Shown one piece after another: positions 8,428-17,803 of a stretch of 41,975 nucleotides of DNA (position 1 is the stretch's first letter; every line of letters starts with the position of its first letter). The position numbers and the translations under genes are program-made. This stretch comes from Armatimonadota bacterium (GTDB lineage: Bacteria > Armatimonadota > Zipacnadia > Zipacnadales > UBA11051), in assembly GCA_046483205.1 (NCBI GenBank), contig JAWODS010000345.1:1-41975 (forward strand). Direction: 5' to 3'. Under the pieces are notes generated by a model that did not search any database, was not told where the DNA came from, and worked only from the letters and a program-made list of their open reading frames with translations.

Positions 8428-10167
8428 ATGACGAAGGTGATGGTGACGCTTCTTTTTATCTGCTTTGCCGTGGTGCTGGTCGTGTCCGCGTCCGCTCAGG
8501 TTCCCTATTTCGCGAATGTGCAGGACTACCTGTCTGAGGATTTCGCCGGAGACGGCTCCGTGGACTGTACGGAGGGAATCCAAGCGGCGCTGTCTGAAAA
8601 CGCAGCGGTCTATTTCCCGGGCGGCAGCTCGGGCGAGCCGGTGATTTACGCTACCCGGCCCGATCTCACCACGCAGGGTGGCGCACGCGTCCTCTTCGGC
8701 CCGCACACCCGATTGAAGCGCCTCCCCGGTGAGGGCGCGGTGCTGACACTCAATCGCGGCACCCACCTGTCGGGAGCGGTGATTGACGGCAACAAATACG
8801 CCCACTGGCCGGACCATCCCGACCTGGGCAAGCGCGCCTACGGAGTGTTGATGCGGGGGCATTGCGTGGTCGAGAACTGTGTTGTGTTCAACAATCCCGG
8901 CATCGCGTTCGCCGCATACAGCGACGAGAACATGGTGCGCGGCTGCCGGGCGGAGAATTGCGGGTACATTGACGTGAAGTTTGGCGCTGATTTCTACCAG
9001 GGCAAGTGGGACAAATGGAGCGCAGACGGCTTCTACATGCGCGGGAGCGGCAATACAGTCAAAGACTGCGTGGCCTACGACTGCTTCCGGTGGGACCTGT
9101 GCTCATCCCACAGCGACGCCCGCGGCAACCTCTACGTGGACTGCCGTGGCGGTGATGTAAACTTCCGCACAGGGCGCTTTGTGGATATCGAGCTGGCTGA
9201 GCCTCACAACCGGCTGGTGCGCTGCAGGTCCACTAACAGCAGCATCATGGTCTCCACACCACACACGGAGATCATTGACTGTGTCGCCGACAGAATCTGC
9301 GTGTATTATGATGCCGACTACTGCACGGTGCGGGGATGTACGCTGTCGGGCCCGCTCATTGTGGGATCGCGCAATCCCGAGAAGCGCCCGGAGGAGACCG
9401 GAGGCGCCTCCCCGATCGTGCGAGACAACCGCATATTCCTGGCGCCGAAGTGGAATGATTACGGCCTGCGGGTGTCCTCCACCGACGGCGATGGTGTGGT
9501 TACGGGAAATTTTGTGTACGGCTGGCAGAAGGATGAGGAAGAGTCGCAGGGGCTAAAGATTGAGGGCATTCCCGACCCCTCGGCAAACGTGGTCCAGCAC
9601 GGAGAGTGGGACTTTCCCGCAGGGATGGTGCAGCCGAGGCTTGAATACGGCTCTGTGGACTGGGATCACATGACCGAACGCAAGCGGGCCGCTTTTGTAA
9701 CACAGTTCGAAAACTACGCCGCTGCAGCCGATCTGCCCCTTGAACCCGATTACATGAAGGTCCTGATCGGCCCGGTGGATTTTGCATTCGACCACGAGGA
9801 CACCGGGTTCAAGCGCAACTGGCACACGCGGGAGGGCCGGCCGGAGGATACCGAAACTGCCCGGCTGGGATGGCACTGGAACGCTCGCAAGGGTGACGTG
9901 GGCGGCCCGGCGTGGTATTTTGTTGACTTCGAGCTCCCGCACAAACCCGGCACAGAGGCCATGCTCTTTTTCGGCGGCGTGGACAGTGACGCCATCGTGT
10001 ACGTCAACGGCAAACAGGTCGGCGAGCACCACGACTGGGAGACGCCCTTTGCCGTGGATATCACCGCGGCGGTCAATGACAGCGCAACGAACTATCTTGC
10101 CGTGAAGGTCGATTCAGAGGGCGGACTGTACGGCATCTACGGCCCCGTGGCAATCGTGCAGTACTGA
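8428..10167 (+). CDS. Secreted right-handed beta-helix (pectin lyase-like) protein with C-terminal GH2-type sugar-binding domain
   Basis: Signal peptide; GDGSVDCTEGIQAAL...VYFPGG beta-helix N-cap; C-terminal LFFGGVDSDAIVYVNGKQVGEH..PFAVDIT..GIYGPV. Alternative start 8404. Confidence 0.7.
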   Translation: MTKVMVTLLFICFAVVLVVSASAQVPYFANVQDYLSEDFAGDGSVDCTEGIQAALSENAAVYFPGGSSGEPVIYATRPDLTTQGGARVLFGPHTRLKRLPGEGAVLTLNRGTHLSGAVIDGNKYAHWPDHPDLGKRAYGVLMRGHCVVENCVVFNNPGIAFAAYSDENMVRGCRAENCGYIDVKFGADFYQGKWDKWSADGFYMRGSGNTVKDCVAYDCFRWDLCSSHSDARGNLYVDCRGGDVNFRTGRFVDIELAEPHNRLVRCRSTNSSIMVSTPHTEIIDCVADRICVYYDADYCTVRGCTLSGPLIVGSRNPEKRPEETGGASPIVRDNRIFLAPKWNDYGLRVSSTDGDGVVTGNFVYGWQKDEEESQGLKIEGIPDPSANVVQHGEWDFPAGMVQPRLEYGSVDWDHMTERKRAAFVTQFENYAAAADLPLEPDYMKVLIGPVDFAFDHEDTGFKRNWHTREGRPEDTETARLGWHWNARKGDVGGPAWYFVDFELPHKPGTEAMLFFGGVDSDAIVYVNGKQVGEHHDWETPFAVDITAAVNDSATNYLAVKVDSEGGLYGIYGPVAIVQY

Positions 10168-10230
10168 ACGTTCAGTGGTTGGATACAGTGTATGAATACA
10201 GGCTGAAGAGATGGCTGGAGGAGAGGCAGA

Positions 10231-11196
10231 ATGCGGAATGTGACTTTTGCTCGCGCGCTGAATGAGGCGCTTCACGAGGAGTTTGAACGCGACGAAAACG
10301 TATTCTTGATCGGGGAGGAAGTTGGGGGCGTTTTCGGTGTCACCCGTGGACTGGATCGGACCTTCGGCGAGGACCGCGTGCGCTGTACCCCGATATCGGA
10401 GGCGGCATTCACGGGGCTGGGTGTCGGTGCTGCGATGGCTGGCCTGCGGCCCATCGTCGAAATCATGTATCTCGATTTCGCCACCTGCGCGTGGGACCAG
10501 ATTACCAACCAGGCGGCAAAGCTGCGGTACATGTCCGGCGGGCAGGTGAAAGTGCCCCTCACCATCCGCGGCCAGCAGGGAGCAGGCACCCGCGAGGCCG
10601 CACAGCATTCGCAGCAGCTTGAAGCCGCGTTCGGCCATATCCCGGGGCTGAAGGTCGTCATGCCCGCCACCGTGGAAGATGCCAGGGGCCTGCTGAAATC
10701 GTCCATACGCGATAACAATCCCGTGATTTTCTGCGAACATCGCCTGATGTATGAGCTTAAGGGCCCGATGCCGAAAGAGGAGTACACCACCCCGCTGGGT
10801 GTTGCAAAGGTGCAGCGCGAGGGCGCCGATATCACCGTTGTCGCCACCTCCAACGCCATGCAGAAATCGCTCCAGGCCGCGGAGAACCTTGCGGACGAAA
10901 TTGATGTCGAAGTCGTTGACCCGCGAACCGTCGTACCTCTGGACATCGAAACGATTCTCGAATCCGTCCATAAAACCGGCAGGCTTCTGGTGGTGCACGA
11001 GGCACCCGTGCGCATGGGATTTGGCGCGGAGGTGGTGCGTCTGGTGACAGAGCAGGCCTTCGATGACCTGCAGGCGGCACCACGCGTACTGGGAGGTATC
11101 CCGGTCCCCATGCCCTACAGCTCGGTCCTCGAAGACGCCTGTATTCCGGAGGTTTCGCAGATCGAGACGGCTATCAAAGACGTCATGGAGAGCTGA
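10231..11196 (+). CDS. 2-oxoacid/acetoin dehydrogenase E1 beta subunit (PdhB/AcoB-like)
   Basis: GEEVG, TPISEAAF, LRPIVEIMY.DF, AAQHSQ and VDPRTVVPLD. Confidence 0.93.
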   Translation: MRNVTFARALNEALHEEFERDENVFLIGEEVGGVFGVTRGLDRTFGEDRVRCTPISEAAFTGLGVGAAMAGLRPIVEIMYLDFATCAWDQITNQAAKLRYMSGGQVKVPLTIRGQQGAGTREAAQHSQQLEAAFGHIPGLKVVMPATVEDARGLLKSSIRDNNPVIFCEHRLMYELKGPMPKEEYTTPLGVAKVQREGADITVVATSNAMQKSLQAAENLADEIDVEVVDPRTVVPLDIETILESVHKTGRLLVVHEAPVRMGFGAEVVRLVTEQAFDDLQAAPRVLGGIPVPMPYSSVLEDACIPEVSQIETAIKDVMES

Positions 11197-12560
11197 TGAT
11201 GAGAAACCACGAGGAGCTTGTTGAGGCGGCAAAAAAGCACGTCTGGCTGCATTTTGCGCACTATGATGACGTCGAAGAACGCCCCAAAATTTTCGTCCGC
11301 GGTGACGGAATGTACCTGTGGGATGATGAGGGGAATAAATACCTGGACACGTTTGCGTCGCTTCTGACAACGGTGTGCGGGCATCATCGGCCGGAGGTCC
11401 ACCGGGCCGTGCAGGAGCAGATGGAGCAGCTCGAGTTTTTTCCCAACTACCACGACTGCTACAACATCCCCTCCATCGAGCTGGCTGAAAAAATCGCCGA
11501 GGTCACGCCGGGGAACCTGGATGTGTCGTTTTTCGTCTGTGGCGGGTCGGAGGCCAACGAGTCGGCCATGAAGATGGCGCGGCAGTACTTCCACGAAACC
11601 GGCCAGAGCGGGCGGTTCAAGGTCCTCGCCAAAAAGTGGAGCTACACCGGCGCGACGATGGGGACGGTGTCCGCCACCGGCATTCCGTGGTTCTGGGAGA
11701 CTTTCGGTGCCCGCCAGCCGGGATATGAGTTTTACAACCCCGAATGGTACTATCACCGAAAGCTCGGTCTCGACGAGGCGGACGCCGCCGACATCGCGCT
11801 CAAAGATTTCCGCGAGCTGGTGGAGTTCGAGAACCCCGGCACCATCGCCGCGGTGATCATGGACACCGTCTCAGGCTCAAATACCGGTTACTGGGTGCCC
11901 TCGAAAAAATTCATGCAGGGCGTGCGGGAGACCTGTGACGAGCACGGCATCCTGCTGATTTTTGACGAGATCCAGGTCGGGTTTGCCAAGACGGGCAAAT
12001 GGTTCTGCTGCGAGCATTTCGATGTTGTGCCCGATATCATGACGGTTGGCAAGGGCTTCTCCGGGGGGTATCTGCCGCTTGCGGCGGCGATTACGACCCA
12101 GAAGATCGCCGAACCGTTCCGCAAGGAGGGGTCCGAATTTCGCCACGGCTTCACCTTCGGCGGCCACACCACGGCCTGTGCGGCGGCGCTTGCCAATCTC
12201 AATATCATCGAGGATGAAAACCTCGTTCAGCGGGCGGCCGAGCGCGGAGAATACCTTAAAAAGAAGCTGGAGGCGCTGAAGAAATACCCGATCGTCGGCG
12301 ATGTCCGGGGCATCGGCCTGCTGCTGGCGGTGGAGTTGCTGGAGGACCGCGAAACGTGGAAAGAGCTTGAACCCGGCGGGGGCACAGTCGGCACCTTCAT
12401 CCGCAACCGCATGTACGAAAAGGGCATGATCCTGCGCAACAACGCCGATATCCTGGTTTTTGCGCCCTCTTTGACCATCTCCGAGGAGCAGATTGATGAG
12501 ATGATCGCAGGCACCGAGGAGGCCATCGCCGCCGCCTGCGAGGAGTTTGGCTACAGCTAA
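11196..12560 (+). CDS. Class III PLP-dependent aminotransferase (omega-transaminase-like)
   Basis: GGSEANE, FDEIQVGFAKTG, DIMTVGKG (PLP lysine), HGFTFGGH and VRGIGL; 1-nt overlap with the E1 beta stop. Confidence 0.9.
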   Translation: MMRNHEELVEAAKKHVWLHFAHYDDVEERPKIFVRGDGMYLWDDEGNKYLDTFASLLTTVCGHHRPEVHRAVQEQMEQLEFFPNYHDCYNIPSIELAEKIAEVTPGNLDVSFFVCGGSEANESAMKMARQYFHETGQSGRFKVLAKKWSYTGATMGTVSATGIPWFWETFGARQPGYEFYNPEWYYHRKLGLDEADAADIALKDFRELVEFENPGTIAAVIMDTVSGSNTGYWVPSKKFMQGVRETCDEHGILLIFDEIQVGFAKTGKWFCCEHFDVVPDIMTVGKGFSGGYLPLAAAITTQKIAEPFRKEGSEFRHGFTFGGHTTACAAALANLNIIEDENLVQRAAERGEYLKKKLEALKKYPIVGDVRGIGLLLAVELLEDRETWKELEPGGGTVGTFIRNRMYEKGMILRNNADILVFAPSLTISEEQIDEMIAGTEEAIAAACEEFGYS

Positions 12561-12644
12561 ACAAATGGCCGCACCCGGACTGAAGAACAAGAAGGCATGA
12601 CACACTAAGGCCGCGCCAGATAGATAGAGGAAGTGGGTCAACCA

Positions 12645-13694
12645 ATGGCATATCCGAATGTGCTGGAGGATGTTCAGACGTGTATTGATCTCGGAGTCCC
12701 GAGCCGTGTCCCGATTTTTATGCTCGGTGAAGAGTTCGACGTGGAGCAGTATGACATTGACTACCGCGAATATATCAAAAGCCCCGAAGACATGATCGAG
12801 TGCTGGGTGCAGGCGGTGGAGACGTTTGATTACGACTGGATCCTCCTGCACCCGGACGACTATATCGAGTTCGAGCCGCTGGGAGTGAAGACACAGGCCG
12901 ATGCAAAGACGCCGCCGGCGCCGGTGGAGCAGATCGAGGCGGATATTGATGTCCTGAAATCGCTGGAGATACCTGACGCGGCCACGGCCGGGCGGATGCC
13001 CGCACACCTGGAGGCGCTCCGGGGGATCCGCGAGCGTATGGGCGATTCGGTGATGCTCGCCGGGCGCGTGGCGGCGCCCTTCAGTTCCGTTGGATTGCTG
13101 TTCGGTGTCCAGGAGGCGCTGATGCTCATGCTGACGGACCCGGGACTGTTCAACGCGGCGCTCAATTTTTGCACTGACCTGATGATCTACTGGGGCCAGC
13201 AGCAGCTCGACGCCGGGGCGGATGCGCTGTGGGTGGGTGACTGTGTAGCCTGCTCGGGCTTTATCTCCGCAGGTGATTACGAAATGTACGCATATCCCGG
13301 CGCAACGAAGCTCTGCAGCGCCATCCGGGAGGCCGGTGGATGGGCGTATTACCACGCCGGTGAGCACAGCCTACAGCATTTGCGCCTCGAGGCCGCCACC
13401 GGGTGTGATATCCTCAATGTCGGCGAGGGGATTGATCTGGCGGAAGTGAAGGCCGAACTCGGCGACACGGTGTGTCTTTCGGGCAACATCAACCCCATCG
13501 AGCTTTTCGAGATGAAAGACCTCGATAACGTGAGAGCTGCCACACGCCGGGTGATGGAGGCCGGGAAACCGGGTGGCGCCTATATCTTTAACTCCGGTGA
13601 AGGCGTCCCGCGCCCTACGAGTGCTGAAACCATCGCCGCATGCATGGAAACCGCCAGATCAATGGCTCCCTATGAAGAGGCTGATGCGCAGTGA
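12645..13694 (+). CDS. Uroporphyrinogen decarboxylase / MtaA-CmuA superfamily TIM-barrel protein
   Basis: AAPFS, QQLDAGAD, LSGNINP and PGGAYIFNSG pattern. Alternative start GTG 12633. Confidence 0.8.
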   Translation: MAYPNVLEDVQTCIDLGVPSRVPIFMLGEEFDVEQYDIDYREYIKSPEDMIECWVQAVETFDYDWILLHPDDYIEFEPLGVKTQADAKTPPAPVEQIEADIDVLKSLEIPDAATAGRMPAHLEALRGIRERMGDSVMLAGRVAAPFSSVGLLFGVQEALMLMLTDPGLFNAALNFCTDLMIYWGQQQLDAGADALWVGDCVACSGFISAGDYEMYAYPGATKLCSAIREAGGWAYYHAGEHSLQHLRLEAATGCDILNVGEGIDLAEVKAELGDTVCLSGNINPIELFEMKDLDNVRAATRRVMEAGKPGGAYIFNSGEGVPRPTSAETIAACMETARSMAPYEEADAQ

Positions 13695-14770
13695 GCGAGA
13701 TTCTGAAGTGCGCGATTGTCGGATATGGCCCGATATGGAATTTCGGGCAGATGCACGCGAGGTGGATGGAGCATTGTGAGCGCATGAAGCTGGTGGCGGT
13801 GTGCGACATTGACGCCGAGGCCAGGCAGCGGGCCCTGGAGGATTGGCCGGGTATTGATGTCTATGGCTCCACCGAAGAAATGGTGCACGACGAGACCATT
13901 GACATGGTGACGGTCGTCACACCGCACTTCACCCACGCCGATATCGTCACCACCTGTCTCGATGCGGGTAAGCACGTGGTGTGCGAAAAGGCGATGGCGA
14001 CGAATGTTGCCGAATGCACGCGGATGGTCGAGGCCGCTGAGGCCGCCGACCGCACGCTCGCGATCCACCACAACAGGCGCCATGACGGCAACTACCGGAT
14101 CATCGAGCAGGCCGTCGCAGACGGGATGATCGGTGACCTGTTTCATGTTGAGTGCTGTGAAGAAAGCTACGGCCACATGGGCGACTGGTGGTATTCGGAT
14201 AAGGAAAAGTCGGGGGGAATATTCTTCTTCTGGGGGCCTCACGCTGTTGACTGGGTTTTGAACCTGGTGCCATCGCGTCCGGTCAGAGTGACCGGCTCCA
14301 CCCAGCGGCGGATGTGGAATGATATTTCGGTGGCCGACGAGGTGCGCTGCTTTATCTGGTTTGAAGGTGGTCAGACTGCAGAAATCACCTATTCCACCAT
14401 CGCCGCCATTGACCGGCCGCTGTGGAGAGTTCTGGGCACCCGGGGCGCCATCGAAGATTCGAAGCGCGGGAACGTGTCCGGCGCGTATATTCAGGGCTAC
14501 TGTGAGGAACTCGTCGGTGAGGCGGGACAGGGTTCCATCCGCGTGGTCACCACCGACGGCGACAAACCCAAAGAGCACGACCTGCCGTATCTCCAATCAG
14601 ACTGGACGTCATACTACGAAGACATGGCCGCCCACCTGCTCGACGGAACACCCGTTCCCGTGTCGGCCGAAGAAGGTCGCCGAACCGTCGCCGTAATGCA
14701 GGCCGCACAGGAATCGGGCGAAGCAAACGGCACGATGATAGAGCTGGAGGATTATGAGCAACAACAGTAG
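13691..14770 (+). CDS. Gfo/Idh/MocA family oxidoreductase
   Basis: AIVGYG Rossmann motif, GKHVVCEK, HNRR and SGG...GPHAVD. Confidence 0.92.
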   Translation: MSEILKCAIVGYGPIWNFGQMHARWMEHCERMKLVAVCDIDAEARQRALEDWPGIDVYGSTEEMVHDETIDMVTVVTPHFTHADIVTTCLDAGKHVVCEKAMATNVAECTRMVEAAEAADRTLAIHHNRRHDGNYRIIEQAVADGMIGDLFHVECCEESYGHMGDWWYSDKEKSGGIFFFWGPHAVDWVLNLVPSRPVRVTGSTQRRMWNDISVADEVRCFIWFEGGQTAEITYSTIAAIDRPLWRVLGTRGAIEDSKRGNVSGAYIQGYCEELVGEAGQGSIRVVTTDGDKPKEHDLPYLQSDWTSYYEDMAAHLLDGTPVPVSAEEGRRTVAVMQAAQESGEANGTMIELEDYEQQQ

Positions 14771-15044
14771 CGAACAGGTCATTGTGGCAATCCCCGAGCC
14801 ACTGCGGGCAATCGTGGGTGGACACCGCGAACTGGGCGTTGCCCCCGGAACCGTCGCCGAGGTCTTAGTGCAGTTGACAGAGCAGTATCCCGACCTTGGC
14901 CCGGCACTTGTGACAGAAAGTGGGCGGCTCGCCGACGCGACGGTGCTGGCCGTTGACGGACGCGATATCCGCTTTGCCGAAGGGCTCAATACCACCATTA
15001 AAGCCGGACAGACGCTTGTGATAGTCCAGACGCTGGGCATTTAA
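14754..15044 (+). CDS. MoaD/ThiS/SAMP-like beta-grasp (ubiquitin-like) protein lacking C-terminal GG
   Basis: IPEPLR..GTVAEVL..L...YP.L...VDGRDIRFAEGLNT.IK.G matches the CysO/MoaD pattern; ends QTLGI. Confidence 0.75.
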   Translation: MSNNSSEQVIVAIPEPLRAIVGGHRELGVAPGTVAEVLVQLTEQYPDLGPALVTESGRLADATVLAVDGRDIRFAEGLNTTIKAGQTLVIVQTLGI

Positions 15045-15134
15045 TGCCGACCGGGCGGGTATTTGGGAGAACATTGTGACCTCTTAGGCGTCATAGTAGA
15101 TAGAGAAGACAAACGCCGGCGCGGGGAGTATCGT

Positions 15135-16328
15135 ATGAAACTGCGTACCACCGTTGTGACAATCTGTATCGTGGTACTGCTGCTGAATGCGGCAGCGGTC
15201 TTTGCCGGGTCACCGCCGTATTCCAAAGAGGCGGAAGAAGCGGCCGGCAAAGAGGTATGCGCGGCAATTGAAAAAGAATACGACGTGTGGGATGACGAGG
15301 AAGCCTACAAGAAGGTCGCCCACATGGTCGAGACTATCACACCCCACACGCAGCGCCCGGATATTGAATATGAAGTCAAGCTGCTGGATACCGACGAGGT
15401 CAACGCATTCAGCGTTCCAGGTGGCAACATCTATGTGTGCCGCGGCCTGGTGGAAGACGCCCAATCTGACGACGAGCTGGCAGCAGTTATTGCCCACGAG
15501 ATAGCCCACAACTGCACCTACGATGCAATGAAGCAGGCCGAACGCAACAGGAAGCTTTTTATCGGCGGTGTCTCCGCGGCGCTGCTGACAATCTTCCTGG
15601 GAGCCTCCAGCGAAGACGTGGCGGGAGTCCTGCAGGCGGGTGGTTTCCTCCGTCAGGGTATATTGAGCAAGTATTCCAAGGATATGGAAGAACGCGCCGA
15701 CAAAAACGCCATCTCCTACATGATGGAGACCGACTACGATCCGGTGGGACTTTTGACGTTCATGGAGCGGCTCCTGGCCAGGGAGGCGGGCCATTACCGC
15801 CCCGACTACGGAATCTTCGAAACCCACCCCGCCCCCATAGACCGCCGGGGGTATCTCATCCAGACGCTGTACGAGGCCGGGGCTGAGATCAACAGGCGCG
15901 CGGTGACGGCCTGGGAGGCTCCGACGTACGAGCTCATCAGACCCGACGGTGACGAAGAGTCGGCCCCCACCGCGGCGACGATCAGTCTGTGGGATATTGA
16001 GATCATCACCATCCGGACACCGGGCGACTTTGACAGCATCGAGGCACGCGCCGAAGCGATATGTCACACTCTCAAAAACTCCCTGGCGGCCGGATTGCAG
16101 CGCTATGAGGTGCAGACTGCCCGACATGACGACCATGTGACGGTTGACCTCCGTCGCATCCCCATGGTGACTATCCATCCTGAAGATGTGGTAGCCGCCA
16201 GGGAGGCCACGGAAACGGACACCGAGAATACAGAATCGCAGATTACAGCCGACACCATCGCACAGGATATCGTTACGGCAGTCGCCAGGGCACTGTATGT
16301 CGAAGCACTGAACAGGCGGCACGAATAA
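15135..16328 (+). CDS. Secreted M48 family zinc metallopeptidase with C-terminal extension
   Basis: Signal peptide from MKLRTTVV (GGAG RBS); NAFSVPGG, HEIAH, EERAD and THP. Confidence 0.9.
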   Translation: MKLRTTVVTICIVVLLLNAAAVFAGSPPYSKEAEEAAGKEVCAAIEKEYDVWDDEEAYKKVAHMVETITPHTQRPDIEYEVKLLDTDEVNAFSVPGGNIYVCRGLVEDAQSDDELAAVIAHEIAHNCTYDAMKQAERNRKLFIGGVSAALLTIFLGASSEDVAGVLQAGGFLRQGILSKYSKDMEERADKNAISYMMETDYDPVGLLTFMERLLAREAGHYRPDYGIFETHPAPIDRRGYLIQTLYEAGAEINRRAVTAWEAPTYELIRPDGDEESAPTAATISLWDIEIITIRTPGDFDSIEARAEAICHTLKNSLAAGLQRYEVQTARHDDHVTVDLRRIPMVTIHPEDVVAAREATETDTENTESQITADTIAQDIVTAVARALYVEALNRRHE

Positions 16329-16835
16329 ATGGGGCAGTATGTGACAATCGAGAAGTGGGCCGAAAACCTCGAGGAAGTCACCATCGGCCAGTGGCACAAA
16401 AAGCAGGGAGACACCATCGAGGCTGGCGAAGTTCTCTGCGAGATTATCACCGATAAGCTTACCTTCGAATACACCCCCGAAACCGGGGGTACCGTCACTC
16501 ACATCTACGCCGCCGAAAACAGCGTCGTACCCGTGGGTTATATCATCGCCTTCATCTCCGAAGCCGGAGAAGAGCCCGATACGGACGTCGAGAGGCGCAA
16601 CAATCACCTGCTGCAGCAGCGCCGTGAAGCGACGGAAGCAGAGCTTGACCTCGACGACATCTTTGAAGCCGCAAAAAAGCCGCAGTCCCGCTCCCGGGTG
16701 AAAGCCGCTCCGGCCGCGCGCCGTCTCGCCCGTGAAAACGATGTGGATATTGAAGATGTCGCCGAATGGCTGGGTGACGCCCCGGGCCTCGTCAGCAAAG
16801 CGGATGTGGAGAGCTATCTGCAAGAGATGCGATAA
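16329..16835 (+). CDS. Lipoyl domain + peripheral-subunit (E3)-binding domain protein; E2-like without acyltransferase domain
   Basis: [23 protein letters not shown] (lipoyl lysine) and [15 protein letters not shown]...G.VSKADVE, then a stop at 168 aa. Confidence 0.88.
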   Translation: MGQYVTIEKWAENLEEVTIGQWHKKQGDTIEAGEVLCEIITDKLTFEYTPETGGTVTHIYAAENSVVPVGYIIAFISEAGEEPDTDVERRNNHLLQQRREATEAELDLDDIFEAAKKPQSRSRVKAAPAARRLARENDVDIEDVAEWLGDAPGLVSKADVESYLQEMR

Positions 16836-16837
16836 CT

Positions 16838-17584
16838 GTGATTGATCTGAGCGGAAAAGTCGCGCTGGTGACGGGTGCCTCACGCGGGCTGGGACGAGCG
16901 ATTGCGCTTCAGCTCGCCGCGGTTGGCGCCGACGTAGCCGTCAACTACCTCGAAAGCTCCGAGGCCGCCGAAGAAACCGCCGCAGAGATCCGGCAAAGGG
17001 GCTCGGAAGCTTACGTGTGCCAGGCAGATGTGCGTGACGCTGATGCGGTCAAACAGATGGTCTCGGATATCGTTGCAGCGCTCGACGGCCTCGACATTCT
17101 CGTCAACAACGCCGGTATCATCGCCGACCAGTTCCTCCTGTTCATGAAAAAAGAGCAGTGGGATGATGTGCTGGACACTTCGCTGACAGGTGCCTTCAAC
17201 TGCACGCAGGCGGCCGTGCGACAGATGATGAAAAACAGGTGGGGCCGGATTGTCAATATCTCCTCGGACGCCGGCCTGATGGGCGATCTGCAGCGGGCGA
17301 ACTACAGCGCCGCCAAAGCCGGTCTGACAGGCTTCACGAAGGCAGCCGCACGAGAGCTGATCGGCCAGGGCATTACCGCAAACGCCGTCGCCCCGGGGAT
17401 CATAAACACCGACCTGACCGCCGATATGAACGAGACGCGCAAAGAGCAGATGGAGCAGATGATCCCCGCCGGGCGGTTCGGAAATCCCGAAGAGGTTGCT
17501 CCGCTGGTTGCTTTTTTGTGCTCCGAGCAGGCATCATACATTACCGGCCAGGTTTTCAGCGTTGATGGCGGCCTCCGCATGTAA
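16838..17584 (+). CDS. fabG: 3-oxoacyl-ACP reductase (SDR)
   Basis: [27 protein letters not shown] and VDGG. Confidence 0.85.
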   Translation: MIDLSGKVALVTGASRGLGRAIALQLAAVGADVAVNYLESSEAAEETAAEIRQRGSEAYVCQADVRDADAVKQMVSDIVAALDGLDILVNNAGIIADQFLLFMKKEQWDDVLDTSLTGAFNCTQAAVRQMMKNRWGRIVNISSDAGLMGDLQRANYSAAKAGLTGFTKAAARELIGQGITANAVAPGIINTDLTADMNETRKEQMEQMIPAGRFGNPEEVAPLVAFLCSEQASYITGQVFSVDGGLRM

Positions 17585-17640
17585 CGGTGTCTCAACTCTC
17601 CCCCTTTCCTCTCTTGCACCCGTGGCTGTGTCGGGTTATT

Positions 17641-17680
17641 ATTAAGAATAGATTAAGATTTTATAAAACCTGGATTAAGA
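17641..17680 (+). promoter_or_regulatory. 11-bp-period direct repeat array (Pho-box-like / OmpR-PhoB family site)
   Basis: ATTAAGA at 17641, 17652 and 17674, with degenerate ATAAAAC at 17663, in an AT-rich island about 125 nt upstream of the DUF47-pit operon. Confidence 0.65.
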
Positions 17681-17803
17681 GCCGGTGTGCAGGATCCGCG
17701 CCATTTACTCCTCATCCGTTTTGACGATCATGCTGCCACAGCACCGTGGCGGTACCGGTATCCCGGCCATTGACGAACGCTCGGCACGAAAGGGGCTGCA
17801 GAA

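Noticed and set aside
10114-11370. 418-aa minus-strand ORF
   Set aside because: Antisense shadow of the well-supported E1-beta gene.
11877-13367. 496-aa minus-strand ORF
   Set aside because: Antisense shadow of the aminotransferase and UroD-like genes; no motifs; expected in GC-rich coding DNA.
14754-15044. Small ORF as the missing ACP of the KS module
   Set aside because: No DSL-type phosphopantetheine serine motif; the pattern is beta-grasp. No other ACP-like ORF was seen in the window.
15210-16883. 557-aa minus-strand ORF
   Set aside because: Antisense to the M48 peptidase and lipoyl genes; no recognisable domain.
17585-17625. Pyrimidine-rich tract after fabG
   Set aside because: Short, with no hairpin; could be a Rho-loading site but this cannot be supported from sequence alone.
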